This document shows, piece after piece, positions 17,352 to 28,088 of a DNA stretch of 64,000 nt. Below the pieces are notes generated by a model. That model made no database searches. It worked only from the letters and a program-made list of their open reading frames with translations, and was not told the origin of the DNA. The stretch comes from an uncultured Chloroflexia bacterium. GTDB lineage: Bacteria; Chloroflexota; Limnocylindria; Limnocylindrales; CSP1-4. The stretch is taken from assembly GCA_963707215.1 (NCBI GenBank), contig CAVPPB010000001.1, positions 608,001 through 672,000 of the forward strand, in the 5' to 3' direction. The translations under genes and the position numbers were made by a program. Within the stretch, counting starts at the first letter, position 1; every line of letters starts with the position of its first letter.

Positions 17352-19079
17352 TCAGCCCTCGGCCACCTCGGCGGCGATCTCCTCGGGCAGCCAGAACCAG
17401 CGCAGCGCCTCGAAGTCCGACCCCACCTCGAGCCTGCCGTCCGACCCCGGGTCCGGCGCCAGCTGCGGGTGGGACATGAGGGCCTTGGCCTCGACCAGGT
17501 AGTCGCCCAGGCGCGCCTCCGGCTCGCGATGCCGATGGGCGACGTAGCCCATCCGCCCGTCGACATACGAGACGTCGTGCAGGGACAGCGGCGGCTCGGC
17601 GAGCCCGCCGCGATGCCGCCAGAGGCCGGTCGCCGGGTCGAAACGGTACTGCGGCAGCAGCCGCCAGCCCTCGGACGCCACCAGGTCGACCGCGTCGAGG
17701 ACGAACTCGAAGACGGCGTGGCTGATGAAGTAGTTGAAGTTGACCCGGACCCAACCAGGCTTGATGCCCTCGCAGCCGCGGGCGATCTCGCGCTCGAACT
17801 CGTGGCTCGTCTCGACGTCGATCCCGAGGAGACGATGGCCGTACGGCCCGGCGCACGAGCAGCCGCCGCGGGCCTGGATGCCGAACAGGTCGTTGAGCAT
17901 GGCGACGACGAGGTTGTGGTGGAGGTAGCGTCCACCGTGACGCACGACGAACGAGACGATTGACAGGCGCGGCAGCTCGGGGTTGCCGAGGATCTCGATC
18001 GACGGGTTGGCGCGCCAGCGGTCGATGGCCCGCCGGATGAAGGCCTCCTCCCGCTCCCGGATGGCCTCCACGCCGACGGCCGCCTTGAGCTGGAAGACGA
18101 GGCCGGCCCGGATGGACTCGACGATCGCCGGCGTGCCGCCCTCCTCGCGATGCTCGATGTCCTCGAGGTAGACGTGCTCGGTCGGGTTGACGTAGGCCAC
18201 CGTGCCGCCGCCGGGGACCGTCGGGACGCGGTTGCGGAAGAGGTCGCGCCGGGCGACGAGGACCCCCGGGGTCCCGGGGCCGCCGATGAACTTGTGGGGC
18301 GAGATGAAGACCGCATCCTTGGTGTCGAGCTCCGCGTCGGGGCCCGGGCGGCGCGGGGTCATCTCCATCTCGACGTACGGCGCCGCGGCTGCGAAGTCCC
18401 AGAACGAGAGGGCTCCGTGGCGGTGCAGCAGCACCGAGATGGCCCGTGTATCGCTGATGACCCCGGTGACGTTCGAGGCGGCCGAGAACGACCCGATGCG
18501 GAGCGGTCGATCGGCGTGGGCCACGAGCTCCGCCTCCAGCCGCTCGAGGTCGATCCGTCCGTCGTGGTCCTCGGGGATCGTCACGACGTCGGCGATCGAC
18601 TCGCGCCAGGGCAGCTCGTTCGAGTGGTGCTCGTACGGCCCGATGAGGATGACCGGACGCTCGTCGGCCGGGATCGCGGCCGCGAGCCCGTAGCGGTCGT
18701 CCAGTCCCGCCGGGATGCGCAGCCCCAGGACCTGGACCATGCGGTCCACCGCAGCCGTGGAGCCCGACCCGCAGAAGACCACGGCGTGCTCGTCACCACC
18801 GCCGACCCCCGCCAGGACGAGCTGCCTCGCCTCCTCGCGGAAGCGAGTCGTCTGGAGCCCGGTCCCGGACGACTCGGTGTGGGTGTTCGCGTACAGGGGC
18901 AGGACCGCATCACGGAGGTAATCCTCGATGAAGGTCAGCGATCGGCCGGAGGCCGTGTAGTCAGCGTAGGTCACCCGGCGCACGCCGAAGGGGCCCGCGA
19001 CGGCCTCGTCCTCGCCGATGACGGCCGCCCGGACGGCCTCGATGAGCTCGTCCGGAGCGACGTGCCCGGCGACGCTCAA
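17352..19079 (-). CDS. aminotransferase class V, cysteine-desulfurase-like PLP enzyme
   Basis: YADYTASGR, YANTH, EHHSNELPW, SNVTG, DFAA, ISPHKF (PLP Lys), RGGCSCAG. TTG start overlaps the upstream stop. Confidence 0.9.
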   Translation of the reverse strand: MSVAGHVAPDELIEAVRAAVIGEDEAVAGPFGVRRVTYADYTASGRSLTFIEDYLRDAVLPLYANTHTESSGTGLQTTRFREEARQLVLAGVGGGDEHAVVFCGSGSTAAVDRMVQVLGLRIPAGLDDRYGLAAAIPADERPVILIGPYEHHSNELPWRESIADVVTIPEDHDGRIDLERLEAELVAHADRPLRIGSFSAASNVTGVISDTRAISVLLHRHGALSFWDFAAAAPYVEMEMTPRRPGPDAELDTKDAVFISPHKFIGGPGTPGVLVARRDLFRNRVPTVPGGGTVAYVNPTEHVYLEDIEHREEGGTPAIVESIRAGLVFQLKAAVGVEAIREREEAFIRRAIDRWRANPSIEILGNPELPRLSIVSFVVRHGGRYLHHNLVVAMLNDLFGIQARGGCSCAGPYGHRLLGIDVETSHEFEREIARGCEGIKPGWVRVNFNYFISHAVFEFVLDAVDLVASEGWRLLPQYRFDPATGLWRHRGGLAEPPLSLHDVSYVDGRMGYVAHRHREPEARLGDYLVEAKALMSHPQLAPDPGSDGRLEVGSDFEALRWFWLPEEIAAEVAEG

Positions 19080-19465
19080 GCCTTGCGCTCGAGGATCGGC
19101 CGGGCCGCCTCGGGATCGTCGACGACGAAGGCGAAGGTCGCCCGGTCGCCCCAGCGACCCAGGAAGAGATGGCCGTGGATGTTGACGCCGGCGTCGGAGA
19201 GCGCCTGGGCGATCTCGGCCATGCCGCCGGGACGGTCGTCGACCTCGGCCAGGATCGACTCGCCCTCGATGTAGGTGTAGCCACCGTGGTCGAGGATCGC
19301 CCGGGTCGCGTCGTCGTCGGCCGTGGTCATGATCACGTGACCGACGTCGCCGATCCCGCCGCCCCCGATGGCCCGCAGGTCCACGCCCCGGTCGGCGAGC
19401 GTCCGGGCGAGAGCCGCGAGTCCACCCGGTCGGTTGTTGAGCTGGACGACGAACTGCCTGGCCAT
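19076..19465 (-). CDS. tandem ACT domain protein
   Basis: Two repeats: NRPGGLAALARTLADRGVDL and DRPGGMAEIAQALSDAGVNI. GGAGG SD. Confidence 0.88.
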   Translation of the reverse strand: MARQFVVQLNNRPGGLAALARTLADRGVDLRAIGGGGIGDVGHVIMTTADDDATRAILDHGGYTYIEGESILAEVDDRPGGMAEIAQALSDAGVNIHGHLFLGRWGDRATFAFVVDDPEAARPILERKA

Positions 19466-19575
19466 GGGTTCCTCCGGAGGGCGCGGACCGGTGGCGCTGG
19501 GTGCGCGGACTCGCCCCGATTGTAGGACCCGGAGCGGAGCGGGACGGCGACGACCGTGTGCTACGTTCGGCGGCG

Positions 19576-20460
19576 ATGACCGCCCTGCCGCCACTCACGG
19601 TCGCCGCCCGGAGAGCCATCGGGGACCCGTGGCCGGGCACGGCCGGGCAGACCGCGGCGGCCGGCATCCGCTGGGCCTGGACGACGTGGGGGCCGCCCGA
19701 CGGACCGCCGGTCCTGGCGCTCCACGGCGTCGGCTCATCGGCAGCCACCTTCTGGCGGCTCGGGCCGGCCCTGGCGACGACGGGCCGGCGGGTGGTCGCC
19801 GTCGACCAGGCCGGGCACGGCGCGACCGGCGGATGGATCGGCCACCATCGCTTCCGCGACAACGCGGCCGACGTCGCCGCCTTCGCGCGGGCCGCCGGTC
19901 TGGCGGGAACCGCAGAGCTGACGCGAACCGCAGGGCGCCCGGTCGTCATCGGCCATAGCTGGGGAGCCGTCACCGCGGCGGCGCTGCCGACGGTCGGGTT
20001 CCGCCCGGACCGCCTGGTCCTGATCGACCCGCCGGCCGTGCCAGTGGCCGCGATGCGGGCATTGGCCGACGATCCGAGCGAGTCGCCGTACGCGGACCTG
20101 GCCGTCGCCCGGGCGGCCGTCAGATCGGCCAACCCCGGCTGGGACGACCGGGAGGTGCTGGCCAAGGCCGCGGCGATCCAGGCGATGGACCCAGTCGCCG
20201 TTCGTTCGGTCCTGACCGACAACGGCGACTGGGACGGCGGACTTGCCGACCTCGCCGGACCGGCGGCCGCGGACATCCCGGTCCTGGTGATCCGGGGCGA
20301 GCCGGAGCACGGCGGCCTGACACCCGACGCCTACGTCGATGACCTCGTTCAGCGGGTCGGCCGGGCGAAGGTCGTCACCATCGCCGGCGCCGGGCACTCG
20401 CCGCTGCGGGACGACCCGGTCACCACGATCGGCGCGATCCTGGGGGCCTTGGGCGGCTGA
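19576..20460 (+). CDS. alpha/beta fold hydrolase
   Basis: LALHG, DQAGHG, GHSWG, GAGHS. Confidence 0.88.
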   Translation: MTALPPLTVAARRAIGDPWPGTAGQTAAAGIRWAWTTWGPPDGPPVLALHGVGSSAATFWRLGPALATTGRRVVAVDQAGHGATGGWIGHHRFRDNAADVAAFARAAGLAGTAELTRTAGRPVVIGHSWGAVTAAALPTVGFRPDRLVLIDPPAVPVAAMRALADDPSESPYADLAVARAAVRSANPGWDDREVLAKAAAIQAMDPVAVRSVLTDNGDWDGGLADLAGPAAADIPVLVIRGEPEHGGLTPDAYVDDLVQRVGRAKVVTIAGAGHSPLRDDPVTTIGAILGALGG

Positions 20461-20508
20461 CGCTCCGCGGCCACCGCTCGGCCATCGTCGGCCAGCGGTC
20501 GAGCGACG

Positions 20509-21972
20509 TCAGCCGACGGTCGCTGCGCGAAGCTCGACGGCCCGCCGGTACATCCCGAGATAGGCCGGGGCGGCCGTCCGATCCCAACCGAAGTCGACCC
20601 GCATGGCCCGGCCCACGAGGTCGTGCCAGGCCGACCCGCGTCCGTCGCCCCGGAGGGCGAGGGCCTCGCCGACGGCCCAGACAAGGCCCTCCGCGGTGTC
20701 ATGCCGGAAGAGGAAGCCCGTCCCAAGGCCGGGTCGATCGTGCTCGTCGACGATGGAGTCCGCGAGACCGCCGGTGGCATGGGCCACGGGCGGGGTGCCG
20801 TAGCGCATGGCGATCATCTGGATGAGCCCGGACGGCTCGAAGCGGGAAGGGACCAGGAGCAGGTCGGCCCCGGCGTAGATGCGCCGGGCCATCGGCCGGT
20901 CGAACCGCTCGAGGAAGACCACCCGCCCGGGATGGCGCGCCTCGAGCGCCCGCAGCGGGGCCGCGATCGCCGGATCGCCGGCGGCCTGGACGACGATCCG
21001 GGCGCCCATCGCGAGGAGCCGCGGACCAGCGTCGACGATGAGATCGAAGCCCTTCTGCGGGTCGAGCCGCCCGACCGCTCCCAGGATCGGGCCGTCGTCG
21101 AGCGCGTCCATCCCGACCCGCCCCAGGAGGTCCAGCCGGCAGACGGCCTTGCCCGACCGGTCCTCGGCCGAGAACGGCGCCGCGATGGACCGGTCCGTCG
21201 CCGGGTCCCAGGCGACCGGATCCAGCCCGTTCAGGATGCCGATGAACCGGTCTCCCCGGGCGGCCAGCAGACCCTCCAGACCGAAGCCGTGGGCCGACGT
21301 CCGGGCCTGCTCGGCGTACGTGGGGCTGACCGTGTTCACCATCTCTGCCCGCTCGACGCCCTGGGCCAGGAGGTCGAGGCTCGGAGCGTCGGATGGGACG
21401 ACGCCGTCACCCGGCCGCAGCCCGAGGGCGCCGACCCGTTCGACCGGCACCCGGCCGTGGTAGGCCAGGTTGTGGAGCGTCAGGACGGTGGCCAGTGAAT
21501 GGATCGCCGGATCGTCGCGGTAGGGTCCGTCGCGGAAGATCGCCGCCGGACAGGCGTGCCAGTCGTGGAGGTGGAGCACATCCGGAGGCTCGTCAGCGCG
21601 TCGGATCGCCTCGAGGGCAGCCCGGCAGAGCAGCCCGAACCGAGCGGCGTCGTCCGGGAAGTCGTAGATCCGGTCGCGGTCGAAGGCAGCCGGTCGGTCG
21701 ACCAGTCGAAGCCGGTAACCATCCCCGTCGACGTCGAGGATCCGGACCCGGGCGCTGCCTTCCGGGGCGCTCGGATCGGGGACGACGAGCTCGGTGCCCT
21801 CGACATCGTCGGACACCCTGACGGCCCGGTAGCGAGGCAGGTAGACATCGACCGGCTCGATCGGCCGGCCGGGCAGCTGCCCGAGGGACCGAGCCAGGGC
21901 GTCGACGACGTCGCCGAGACCGCCGGTCTTGGCCCACGGCTCGCACTCGGCGGCGATGAAGGCGACCCGCAT
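20509..21972 (-). CDS. glgA: glycogen synthase (GT5)
   Basis: KTGGLGDV, HLHDWH, TLHNLAYHG, TVSPTYA, RLDPQKG, PSRFEPSGL. Confidence 0.95.
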   Translation of the reverse strand: MRVAFIAAECEPWAKTGGLGDVVDALARSLGQLPGRPIEPVDVYLPRYRAVRVSDDVEGTELVVPDPSAPEGSARVRILDVDGDGYRLRLVDRPAAFDRDRIYDFPDDAARFGLLCRAALEAIRRADEPPDVLHLHDWHACPAAIFRDGPYRDDPAIHSLATVLTLHNLAYHGRVPVERVGALGLRPGDGVVPSDAPSLDLLAQGVERAEMVNTVSPTYAEQARTSAHGFGLEGLLAARGDRFIGILNGLDPVAWDPATDRSIAAPFSAEDRSGKAVCRLDLLGRVGMDALDDGPILGAVGRLDPQKGFDLIVDAGPRLLAMGARIVVQAAGDPAIAAPLRALEARHPGRVVFLERFDRPMARRIYAGADLLLVPSRFEPSGLIQMIAMRYGTPPVAHATGGLADSIVDEHDRPGLGTGFLFRHDTAEGLVWAVGEALALRGDGRGSAWHDLVGRAMRVDFGWDRTAAPAYLGMYRRAVELRAATVG

Positions 21973-22070
21973 GCCTCGATGGTACGGGCCGCGGGCACCG
22001 CCGTCCGGGCGTGGACCGCCTCACTGGACCGGTCACAGGGCCGGCCCGTAGTCGTTATCATCCGTGGCTC

Positions 22071-24266
22071 ATGGTCCCAGCCGTCGAGATCCCGACCCTC
22101 CCGGGAGCGCCGTTCCGACTGCCACCCCGGCTGGAGGGCCTCCGCCGCCTCGCCTACAACTTCTGGTGGACGTGGCATCCGGAGGCGAAGCTGTTGTTCA
22201 CCCGGATCGACCCCGTGGCGTGGGCGCGCTACCGCAACCCGATCCAGCTCCTGTCCGGCTCGATCGACTGGGCGCACCTGATGGAGGACCCGTCCTTCGT
22301 CGCCGAGACGCGGCGGATCATCGACCGCTTCGACGCCTACATGGAGAACGGGACCGATCACTGGTTCCATCGGCGCCACGCGACGGCGCTCGACGGGCCG
22401 ATCGCCTACTTCTGCGCGGAGTACGGCTTCCACGAGTCGCTCGGGATCTACTCCGGCGGCCTGGGTGTCCTGGCCGGCGACCACATGAAGTCCGCGTCCG
22501 ACATGGCCCTGCCGCTCGTCGGGGTCGGTCTGATGTACCGCAAGGGCTACTTCCGACAGTCCATCGACTGGGACGGCCACCAGGAGCACGCCTACCCCGA
22601 CTTCGACCTCGCTCGACTGCCGCTCCGCCGGGCCCAGGGCCCGGCCGGCGAGCCTCTCGTCGTCGAGGTCCCGCTCCCGGGGCGCTCGCTCTGGGTCGCC
22701 GTCTGGGTCGCCCAGGTAGGCCGGGTCCCGGTCCTCCTGCTCGACTCCGACATCCCGGAGAACGACCCAGCCGACCGGCCGATCACCCACGTCCTCTACA
22801 TCCGCGGGAGGGGCACGCGGCTCCTCCAGGAGCTGATCCTCGGCATCGGCGGTGTCCGGGCCCTGCGGGAGCTGGAGATCCATCCGGCCGTCTGGCACCT
22901 CAACGAAGGTCACTCGGCCTTCCTCCTCGGCGAGCGCGCCCGCGAGCTCGTCGCCGGGGGCGTCCGACTCGACGAGGCCCTCGAGCGCGTCGCCGCCGTG
23001 AGCGTGTTCACCATCCACACCCCGGTCGCCGCGGGCAACGAGCGCTTCGACGCCTCGCTGGTCCGCAAGCTGGCCGGTCCGATCCTCGAGGGAGGGGGGT
23101 CGGAGGTCGGGATCCCGTCCGACCGGGTGCTCGAGCTGGGCCGCGGCGTCGACGGTGACCCTGCCATCTTCGACATGACCGCGTTCTCGCTTCGGCTGAC
23201 CAACGGCGCCAACGCCGTCTCGCAGCTCCATGGCCGGACCGCCGACAGCACCTGGACCGGGATCTCGCCGCGCCCGATCATGGGCATCACCAACGGGATC
23301 CACACGCCCACGTGGCTGGGCACCCCGATGCGGGAGTTGTACGAGCGCTACGTCGATGTCGACCTGGAGGCCCTCGACAAGCACGGGGAGGCCGAGGCCG
23401 TCTGGGATCGCATCGACCGCATCCCCGCGGCCGAGCTGTGGGGCGCCCACCGGCGCCAGAAGACCGAACTCTCGATCTTCGCCCGGGGTCGCCTGCGCAG
23501 CCAGCTTGCCCGGCACGGCGAATCGCCGCGCATCCTGCGCGAGCTGGAGGACGCCCTCGACCCGGATGTCCTGACGATCGGCTTCGCCCGTCGGTTCGCG
23601 ACCTACAAGCGCGCCGCCCTGCTCTTCAGCGACCTCGACCGGCTGGCTCGCCTCGTCCACGACGCCGACCGCCCGGTCCAGGTCATCTTCGCCGGCAAGG
23701 CCCACCCGGCCGACCGGCCCGGCCAGCAGGTCATCGCCGACATCTTCCGGTTCACCCGGTCGGACCTCCTGCGCAACGGGGTCTTCATCATCGAGGACTA
23801 CGACATGCGGATCGCCCGGTTCCTGGTCCAGGGCGTCGACATCTGGCTGAACAACCCCCGCCGACCCCTCGAGGCATCGGGCACCTCGGGCATGAAGGCC
23901 GCCGTGAACGGAGCCGTCAACGTGAGCGTCCTCGACGGCTGGTGGGACGAGGCCTTCGATGGCGAGAACGGCTGGGCGATCGGCGGTCGCGAGACCGATC
24001 CCGACGAGGGCGCCCAGGACTGGGCCGATGCGCTCGACCTCTACCGGATCCTGGAGGAGGAGGTCGTCCCCCGCTACTACGACCGAGGGTCCGACGGCCT
24101 GTCCACCGCCTGGATCGACACGATGCGCGCTTCCATCGGGTCGGCGATCTGGCGCTTCTCGACGACCCGGATGCTCCACGAGTACACGGAGCGTCTGTAC
24201 CTCCCGGCCGCCGGCCTCACGGTGCCCGTGCTCGAGCCCGCCGGCTTCGTGACCGAGGCGGGCTAG
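22071..24266 (+). CDS. glgP: alpha-glucan (glycogen) phosphorylase
   Basis: YSGGLGVLAGD, HLNEGH, FARRFATYKR, EASGTSGMK (PLP Lys). Confidence 0.96.
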   Translation: MVPAVEIPTLPGAPFRLPPRLEGLRRLAYNFWWTWHPEAKLLFTRIDPVAWARYRNPIQLLSGSIDWAHLMEDPSFVAETRRIIDRFDAYMENGTDHWFHRRHATALDGPIAYFCAEYGFHESLGIYSGGLGVLAGDHMKSASDMALPLVGVGLMYRKGYFRQSIDWDGHQEHAYPDFDLARLPLRRAQGPAGEPLVVEVPLPGRSLWVAVWVAQVGRVPVLLLDSDIPENDPADRPITHVLYIRGRGTRLLQELILGIGGVRALRELEIHPAVWHLNEGHSAFLLGERARELVAGGVRLDEALERVAAVSVFTIHTPVAAGNERFDASLVRKLAGPILEGGGSEVGIPSDRVLELGRGVDGDPAIFDMTAFSLRLTNGANAVSQLHGRTADSTWTGISPRPIMGITNGIHTPTWLGTPMRELYERYVDVDLEALDKHGEAEAVWDRIDRIPAAELWGAHRRQKTELSIFARGRLRSQLARHGESPRILRELEDALDPDVLTIGFARRFATYKRAALLFSDLDRLARLVHDADRPVQVIFAGKAHPADRPGQQVIADIFRFTRSDLLRNGVFIIEDYDMRIARFLVQGVDIWLNNPRRPLEASGTSGMKAAVNGAVNVSVLDGWWDEAFDGENGWAIGGRETDPDEGAQDWADALDLYRILEEEVVPRYYDRGSDGLSTAWIDTMRASIGSAIWRFSTTRMLHEYTERLYLPAAGLTVPVLEPAGFVTEAG

Positions 24267-24303
24267 GCCCGGCCGACGCCCGCCCGTGCAGGAGACCCCG
24301 CCC

Positions 24304-26475
24304 GTGGCCCGACGGATCTCGCTCGCCCTGGCCGTCCACAATCACCAACCGGTCGGCAACTTCGGATGGGTCTTCGCCGAGGTCTTCGAGCAGGCCTACG
24401 AGCCGATGGTGGCCATCCTGGAGCGCCATCCGTCGGTCAAGCTGTCGCTCCACTACACCGGGCCGCTTCTCGAGTGGCTGCGCAGCGAGCAGCCCGACTT
24501 CGTCGATCGCCTGGCGGCGCTGGTGGCCCGCGGCCAGGTGGAGCTCATGGGTGGCGGCCACTTCGAGCCGGTCCTCGCCTCCCTACCGGAGCGCGACCGG
24601 GTGGGACAGCTGCGCCGGATGGCCGACGAGCTGGAGTCGACCTTCGGCACCCGGCCGAGGGGTGCCTGGCTCGCGGAGCGGGTCTGGGAGCCCGACGTCC
24701 CGACTTCTCTGGCCGCCGCGGGCTACCGCTGGACGATCCTCGACGACGCTCACTTCCGGGCCGCTGCCATCCCCGAGGAGGCGCTGTGGGGGCCCTACAC
24801 GACCGACGACCAGGGTCGGCTGCTGACCATCTTCGGCACCGAGCAGGGCCTCCGCTACCGGATCCCCTTCCGTGACGTGCCCGAGACGATCGACCATCTC
24901 CGGGCGCATGCCACCGAGGACGGCCGACGGGTCGGCATGATGGGCGACGATGGGGAGAAGTTCGGGGCCTGGCCCACGACCTGGGAGCACTGCTGGGGAC
25001 GCGGGCAGTGGATGGAGCGGTTCTTCGGGGCCCTGGAGGCGAGCGCCGACTGGCTCTCGACGGTCACCCCGACCGAGTGGCTCGACCGCGAACCGCCGAT
25101 CGGCCGCGTCTACGTCCCGACCGGCTCGTACGCCGAGATGGGCGAGTGGGCCCTGCCCGCTGTCGAGAGCGTGGCGTTCTCGAAGGTCCTCCACGCGGCC
25201 CAGGCGGAGGGCCGGCCCGACGTCCGCTGGCTCCGGGGCGCCTTCTGGCGCAACTTCCAGGTCAAGTACCGCGAGATCAACGACCTCCACAAGCAGATGC
25301 TGCGCACCTCTGCCAAGGTCGCGGCCATGCCCGAGGCTCCGTCGCGCGACCTCGCCCTGGACCACCTCTACCGAGGCCAATCCAACGACTGCTACTGGCA
25401 CGGCCTGTTCGGGGGGGTCTACATCGCCCACATGCGGCTGGCCACCCACGAGCACCTGATCGCCGCCGAGGACGCGGCCGACGCGGTCTCCGGGTCGCTG
25501 GGCAGCGGCACGCTCGTCGACCTTGACCTCGACGGCCAGGACGAGGCGTACCTGGCTGCCGCCGGCCAGACCGTCACCGTCCAACTCGACGACGGGGCCG
25601 GCATCGGCGCCTGGGACATCCGGGCCGCGCGTCACGCCCTCGGCGCGGTGCTGGCCCGCCGTCGCGAGGCCTACCACGATCTCCTCGTCGCCCACGCCGC
25701 GCCAGCCGCCGGCGGTGCCGACCGGGACGGCGATCCCGGCAGCGAGGTCTCGTCGATCCACGAGATCGTCCGGCTCAAGGAGCCGGGCCTTGCGGACCGC
25801 CTTCACTACGATCGCTACGAGCGCCGGGCCGGCCTCGTCAGGGTCCTCGACCCGGCGACCGAGGCCGCCGCCTGGGCGAGCGCCGACGAAGCCGAGCTGA
25901 CGTCGGGACCGGGCGGGCCCGTCCGCCTGGTGGCGCTGGACGAGGCCGGGCTCACGACGACCCGCGAGGTAGAGGCCGGACCGACGAGGCTGGCGATCGA
26001 GACCCGGCTGCGTCTCGGTGGCGGTCGCCTCGACCCCACGCTGACGATGGAGGCGACGGTCCGGAACGTCGGCGACGCGCCGCTCACGGCCCGGGTGGGC
26101 ATCGAGTGGCCCACGATGCTCCTGGGCGGCGGCGGGAACCCGGCCGCCTGGTGGGACCTCGGTGGGGATCGGACCGGTCACGACGCGACGCGGGTCGCCA
26201 GCGACGTCGCCCGCCTGGCCCAGGGCAACGACTATGTCGGGCTGGTCGTCGAGACCGCCGTGGAGCCCGCTGCTGACGCGTGGATCGCACCGATCGAGAC
26301 GATCTCGAATTCGGAGGCGGGCTTCGAACGCGTCTACCAGGGCAGCGCCCTGCTCCTGTCCCGGACGGTGACCCTGGCCCCGGGTGAGGCGGCGACGCTT
26401 CGGCTGCGGCATCGGGTGGCCGTGACCGTAGACCGCGCGGCCGCCGAGGGCCTGCCGATCCCCGTGTCGGCGTGA
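24304..26475 (+). CDS. GH57 alpha-amylase/4-alpha-glucanotransferase (DUF1925/1926 type)
   Basis: HNHQPVGNF, WLAERVWEP (nucleophile Glu), DDGEKFG (acid/base Asp), QSNDCYWHGLFGG, SEAGFERVYQG. Confidence 0.9.
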   Translation: MARRISLALAVHNHQPVGNFGWVFAEVFEQAYEPMVAILERHPSVKLSLHYTGPLLEWLRSEQPDFVDRLAALVARGQVELMGGGHFEPVLASLPERDRVGQLRRMADELESTFGTRPRGAWLAERVWEPDVPTSLAAAGYRWTILDDAHFRAAAIPEEALWGPYTTDDQGRLLTIFGTEQGLRYRIPFRDVPETIDHLRAHATEDGRRVGMMGDDGEKFGAWPTTWEHCWGRGQWMERFFGALEASADWLSTVTPTEWLDREPPIGRVYVPTGSYAEMGEWALPAVESVAFSKVLHAAQAEGRPDVRWLRGAFWRNFQVKYREINDLHKQMLRTSAKVAAMPEAPSRDLALDHLYRGQSNDCYWHGLFGGVYIAHMRLATHEHLIAAEDAADAVSGSLGSGTLVDLDLDGQDEAYLAAAGQTVTVQLDDGAGIGAWDIRAARHALGAVLARRREAYHDLLVAHAAPAAGGADRDGDPGSEVSSIHEIVRLKEPGLADRLHYDRYERRAGLVRVLDPATEAAAWASADEAELTSGPGGPVRLVALDEAGLTTTREVEAGPTRLAIETRLRLGGGRLDPTLTMEATVRNVGDAPLTARVGIEWPTMLLGGGGNPAAWWDLGGDRTGHDATRVASDVARLAQGNDYVGLVVETAVEPAADAWIAPIETISNSEAGFERVYQGSALLLSRTVTLAPGEAATLRLRHRVAVTVDRAAAEGLPIPVSA

Positions 26476-27953
26476 GCCGCGCCCGTCTCGCCGTCCACGC
26501 CCACTTCTACCAGCCGCAGCGCCTCGACCCGTTCAGTGGCTTGGTCCCGGCCGACCCTTCCGCCGCCCCGTTCCACGATTGGAACCGACGGATCAACGCC
26601 GAGTGCTATGAGCCGAACGCCGAGCGCGGCACGATCCGGCGGATCTCGTTCGACGTCGGTCCGACCCTGGCAGGGTGGCTCTCCGACCACGACCCGGCGA
26701 CCTGGAAGGCCTATGTCGCCGCCGACCGTCCGGTCGACCGGGATCCGGCCATCCCCCTCGAGCGCGGCAACGCCATGGCCCAGGCCTACCACCACGCCAT
26801 CCTGCCCCTCGCCTCCGCGGCCGACCGACGGACGGAGATCCGCTGGGGGCTGCGCGAGTTCGAGCTACGCTTCGGGCGTCGGGCCGAGGGCCTCTGGCTC
26901 CCGGAGACGGCCGTCGACGTGCCGACCCTCCGGGACCTCGTCGCCGAGGGCGTTCGCTTCGTCATCCTCGCGCCCTGGCAGGCGGACGTTCCCTCCCTCG
27001 ACACCCGCCGGCCCTACCGGGCCGAGCTGGGTGGCGGACGCTCGATCGGCGTCGTCTTCTACGACTCGGTCCTGTCGGCCGCGGTGTCGTTCGAGCCGGC
27101 CGCCACGGCGGACGCCGAGCGGTTCGCCCACGAGCGGATCGCCAGCCGCCTGGCGGAGACGCGGTTCCCGGACGGGACCCCGGGGTTGGCGCTCATCGCC
27201 ACCGACGGCGAGCTGTACGGCCATCACCAGCCGTTCCGGGACCTGTTCCTGGAGCGGCTCGTCGCGCCCGACGCGCCGGAGCGCGGGTTCGACGTGGTCG
27301 ACCTGGCATCGGCCGTCGCAGAACCGCCGGGCCGCCACCACCCACCGGTCCGGATCGCCGAGCGCACGTCCTGGAGCTGCCACCACGGCGTGCTCCGCTG
27401 GTCGGCCGAGTGCCCATGCGCGGCCGACGGTCGGTGGAAGGCACCGCTCCGGGCGGCCTTCGAGCGGCTGGCAGCCGGGATCGACACGCTGACCGAGCTG
27501 CGGGCGGCAGCCCTACCGGGGCGACCCGACCCCTGGGCGGCCCGCGACGCCTATGTCGACGTCGTCGTGGGCGTCGAGCCCGCCAGCGCCTTCAGTGCCC
27601 GCTGGATCGGCAGCGAGGCACCGACGGCCGATCGGCGGACCTTCCTGGGACTGATGGAGGCCCAGCGATGGCGACTGGCGATGTTCGCCAGCGATGGTTC
27701 GTACTGGGGCGAGCCCGACCGGACCGAGACCAGCCAGGTCCTCCTGTCAGCGGCCCGGGCGGTCCGCCTCGCTGACCCGACCGGCGCGACCGGCCTGGAG
27801 GGACGGCTCGTGGAGGATCTGGCGTTGCTCCGCTCTCCCGCCTCGGGGCTGGACGGGGCGGTCCTCTATCGACGGGCACTCGCCGCGTCCGGCCAGGCCG
27901 GGCCGCAGGGTCCCGGAAAGCCGTCAGCCCGCGGCCTGCGCGCCACGGGCTGA
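26472..27953 (+). CDS. GH57 glycoside hydrolase, DUF3536 family
   Basis: HAHFYQP, HDWNRRINAECY, WLPETAVD, ATDGELYGHH, SWSCHHGV.RW..C.C. Confidence 0.88.
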   Translation: MSRARLAVHAHFYQPQRLDPFSGLVPADPSAAPFHDWNRRINAECYEPNAERGTIRRISFDVGPTLAGWLSDHDPATWKAYVAADRPVDRDPAIPLERGNAMAQAYHHAILPLASAADRRTEIRWGLREFELRFGRRAEGLWLPETAVDVPTLRDLVAEGVRFVILAPWQADVPSLDTRRPYRAELGGGRSIGVVFYDSVLSAAVSFEPAATADAERFAHERIASRLAETRFPDGTPGLALIATDGELYGHHQPFRDLFLERLVAPDAPERGFDVVDLASAVAEPPGRHHPPVRIAERTSWSCHHGVLRWSAECPCAADGRWKAPLRAAFERLAAGIDTLTELRAAALPGRPDPWAARDAYVDVVVGVEPASAFSARWIGSEAPTADRRTFLGLMEAQRWRLAMFASDGSYWGEPDRTETSQVLLSAARAVRLADPTGATGLEGRLVEDLALLRSPASGLDGAVLYRRALAASGQAGPQGPGKPSARGLRATG

Positions 27954-28088
27954 CGAGTCCAGAGGCCGGCGGAGGGGCTGCCGGCGCCCCGGGGGAGATT
28001 CGGGGTGGGTCGGTCCCAGCGGAGGCTGAGACCCACCTGCGGACGACGCCGATCCGCGGAGCCGACGCGCGGACGAACGGCGACTGTT

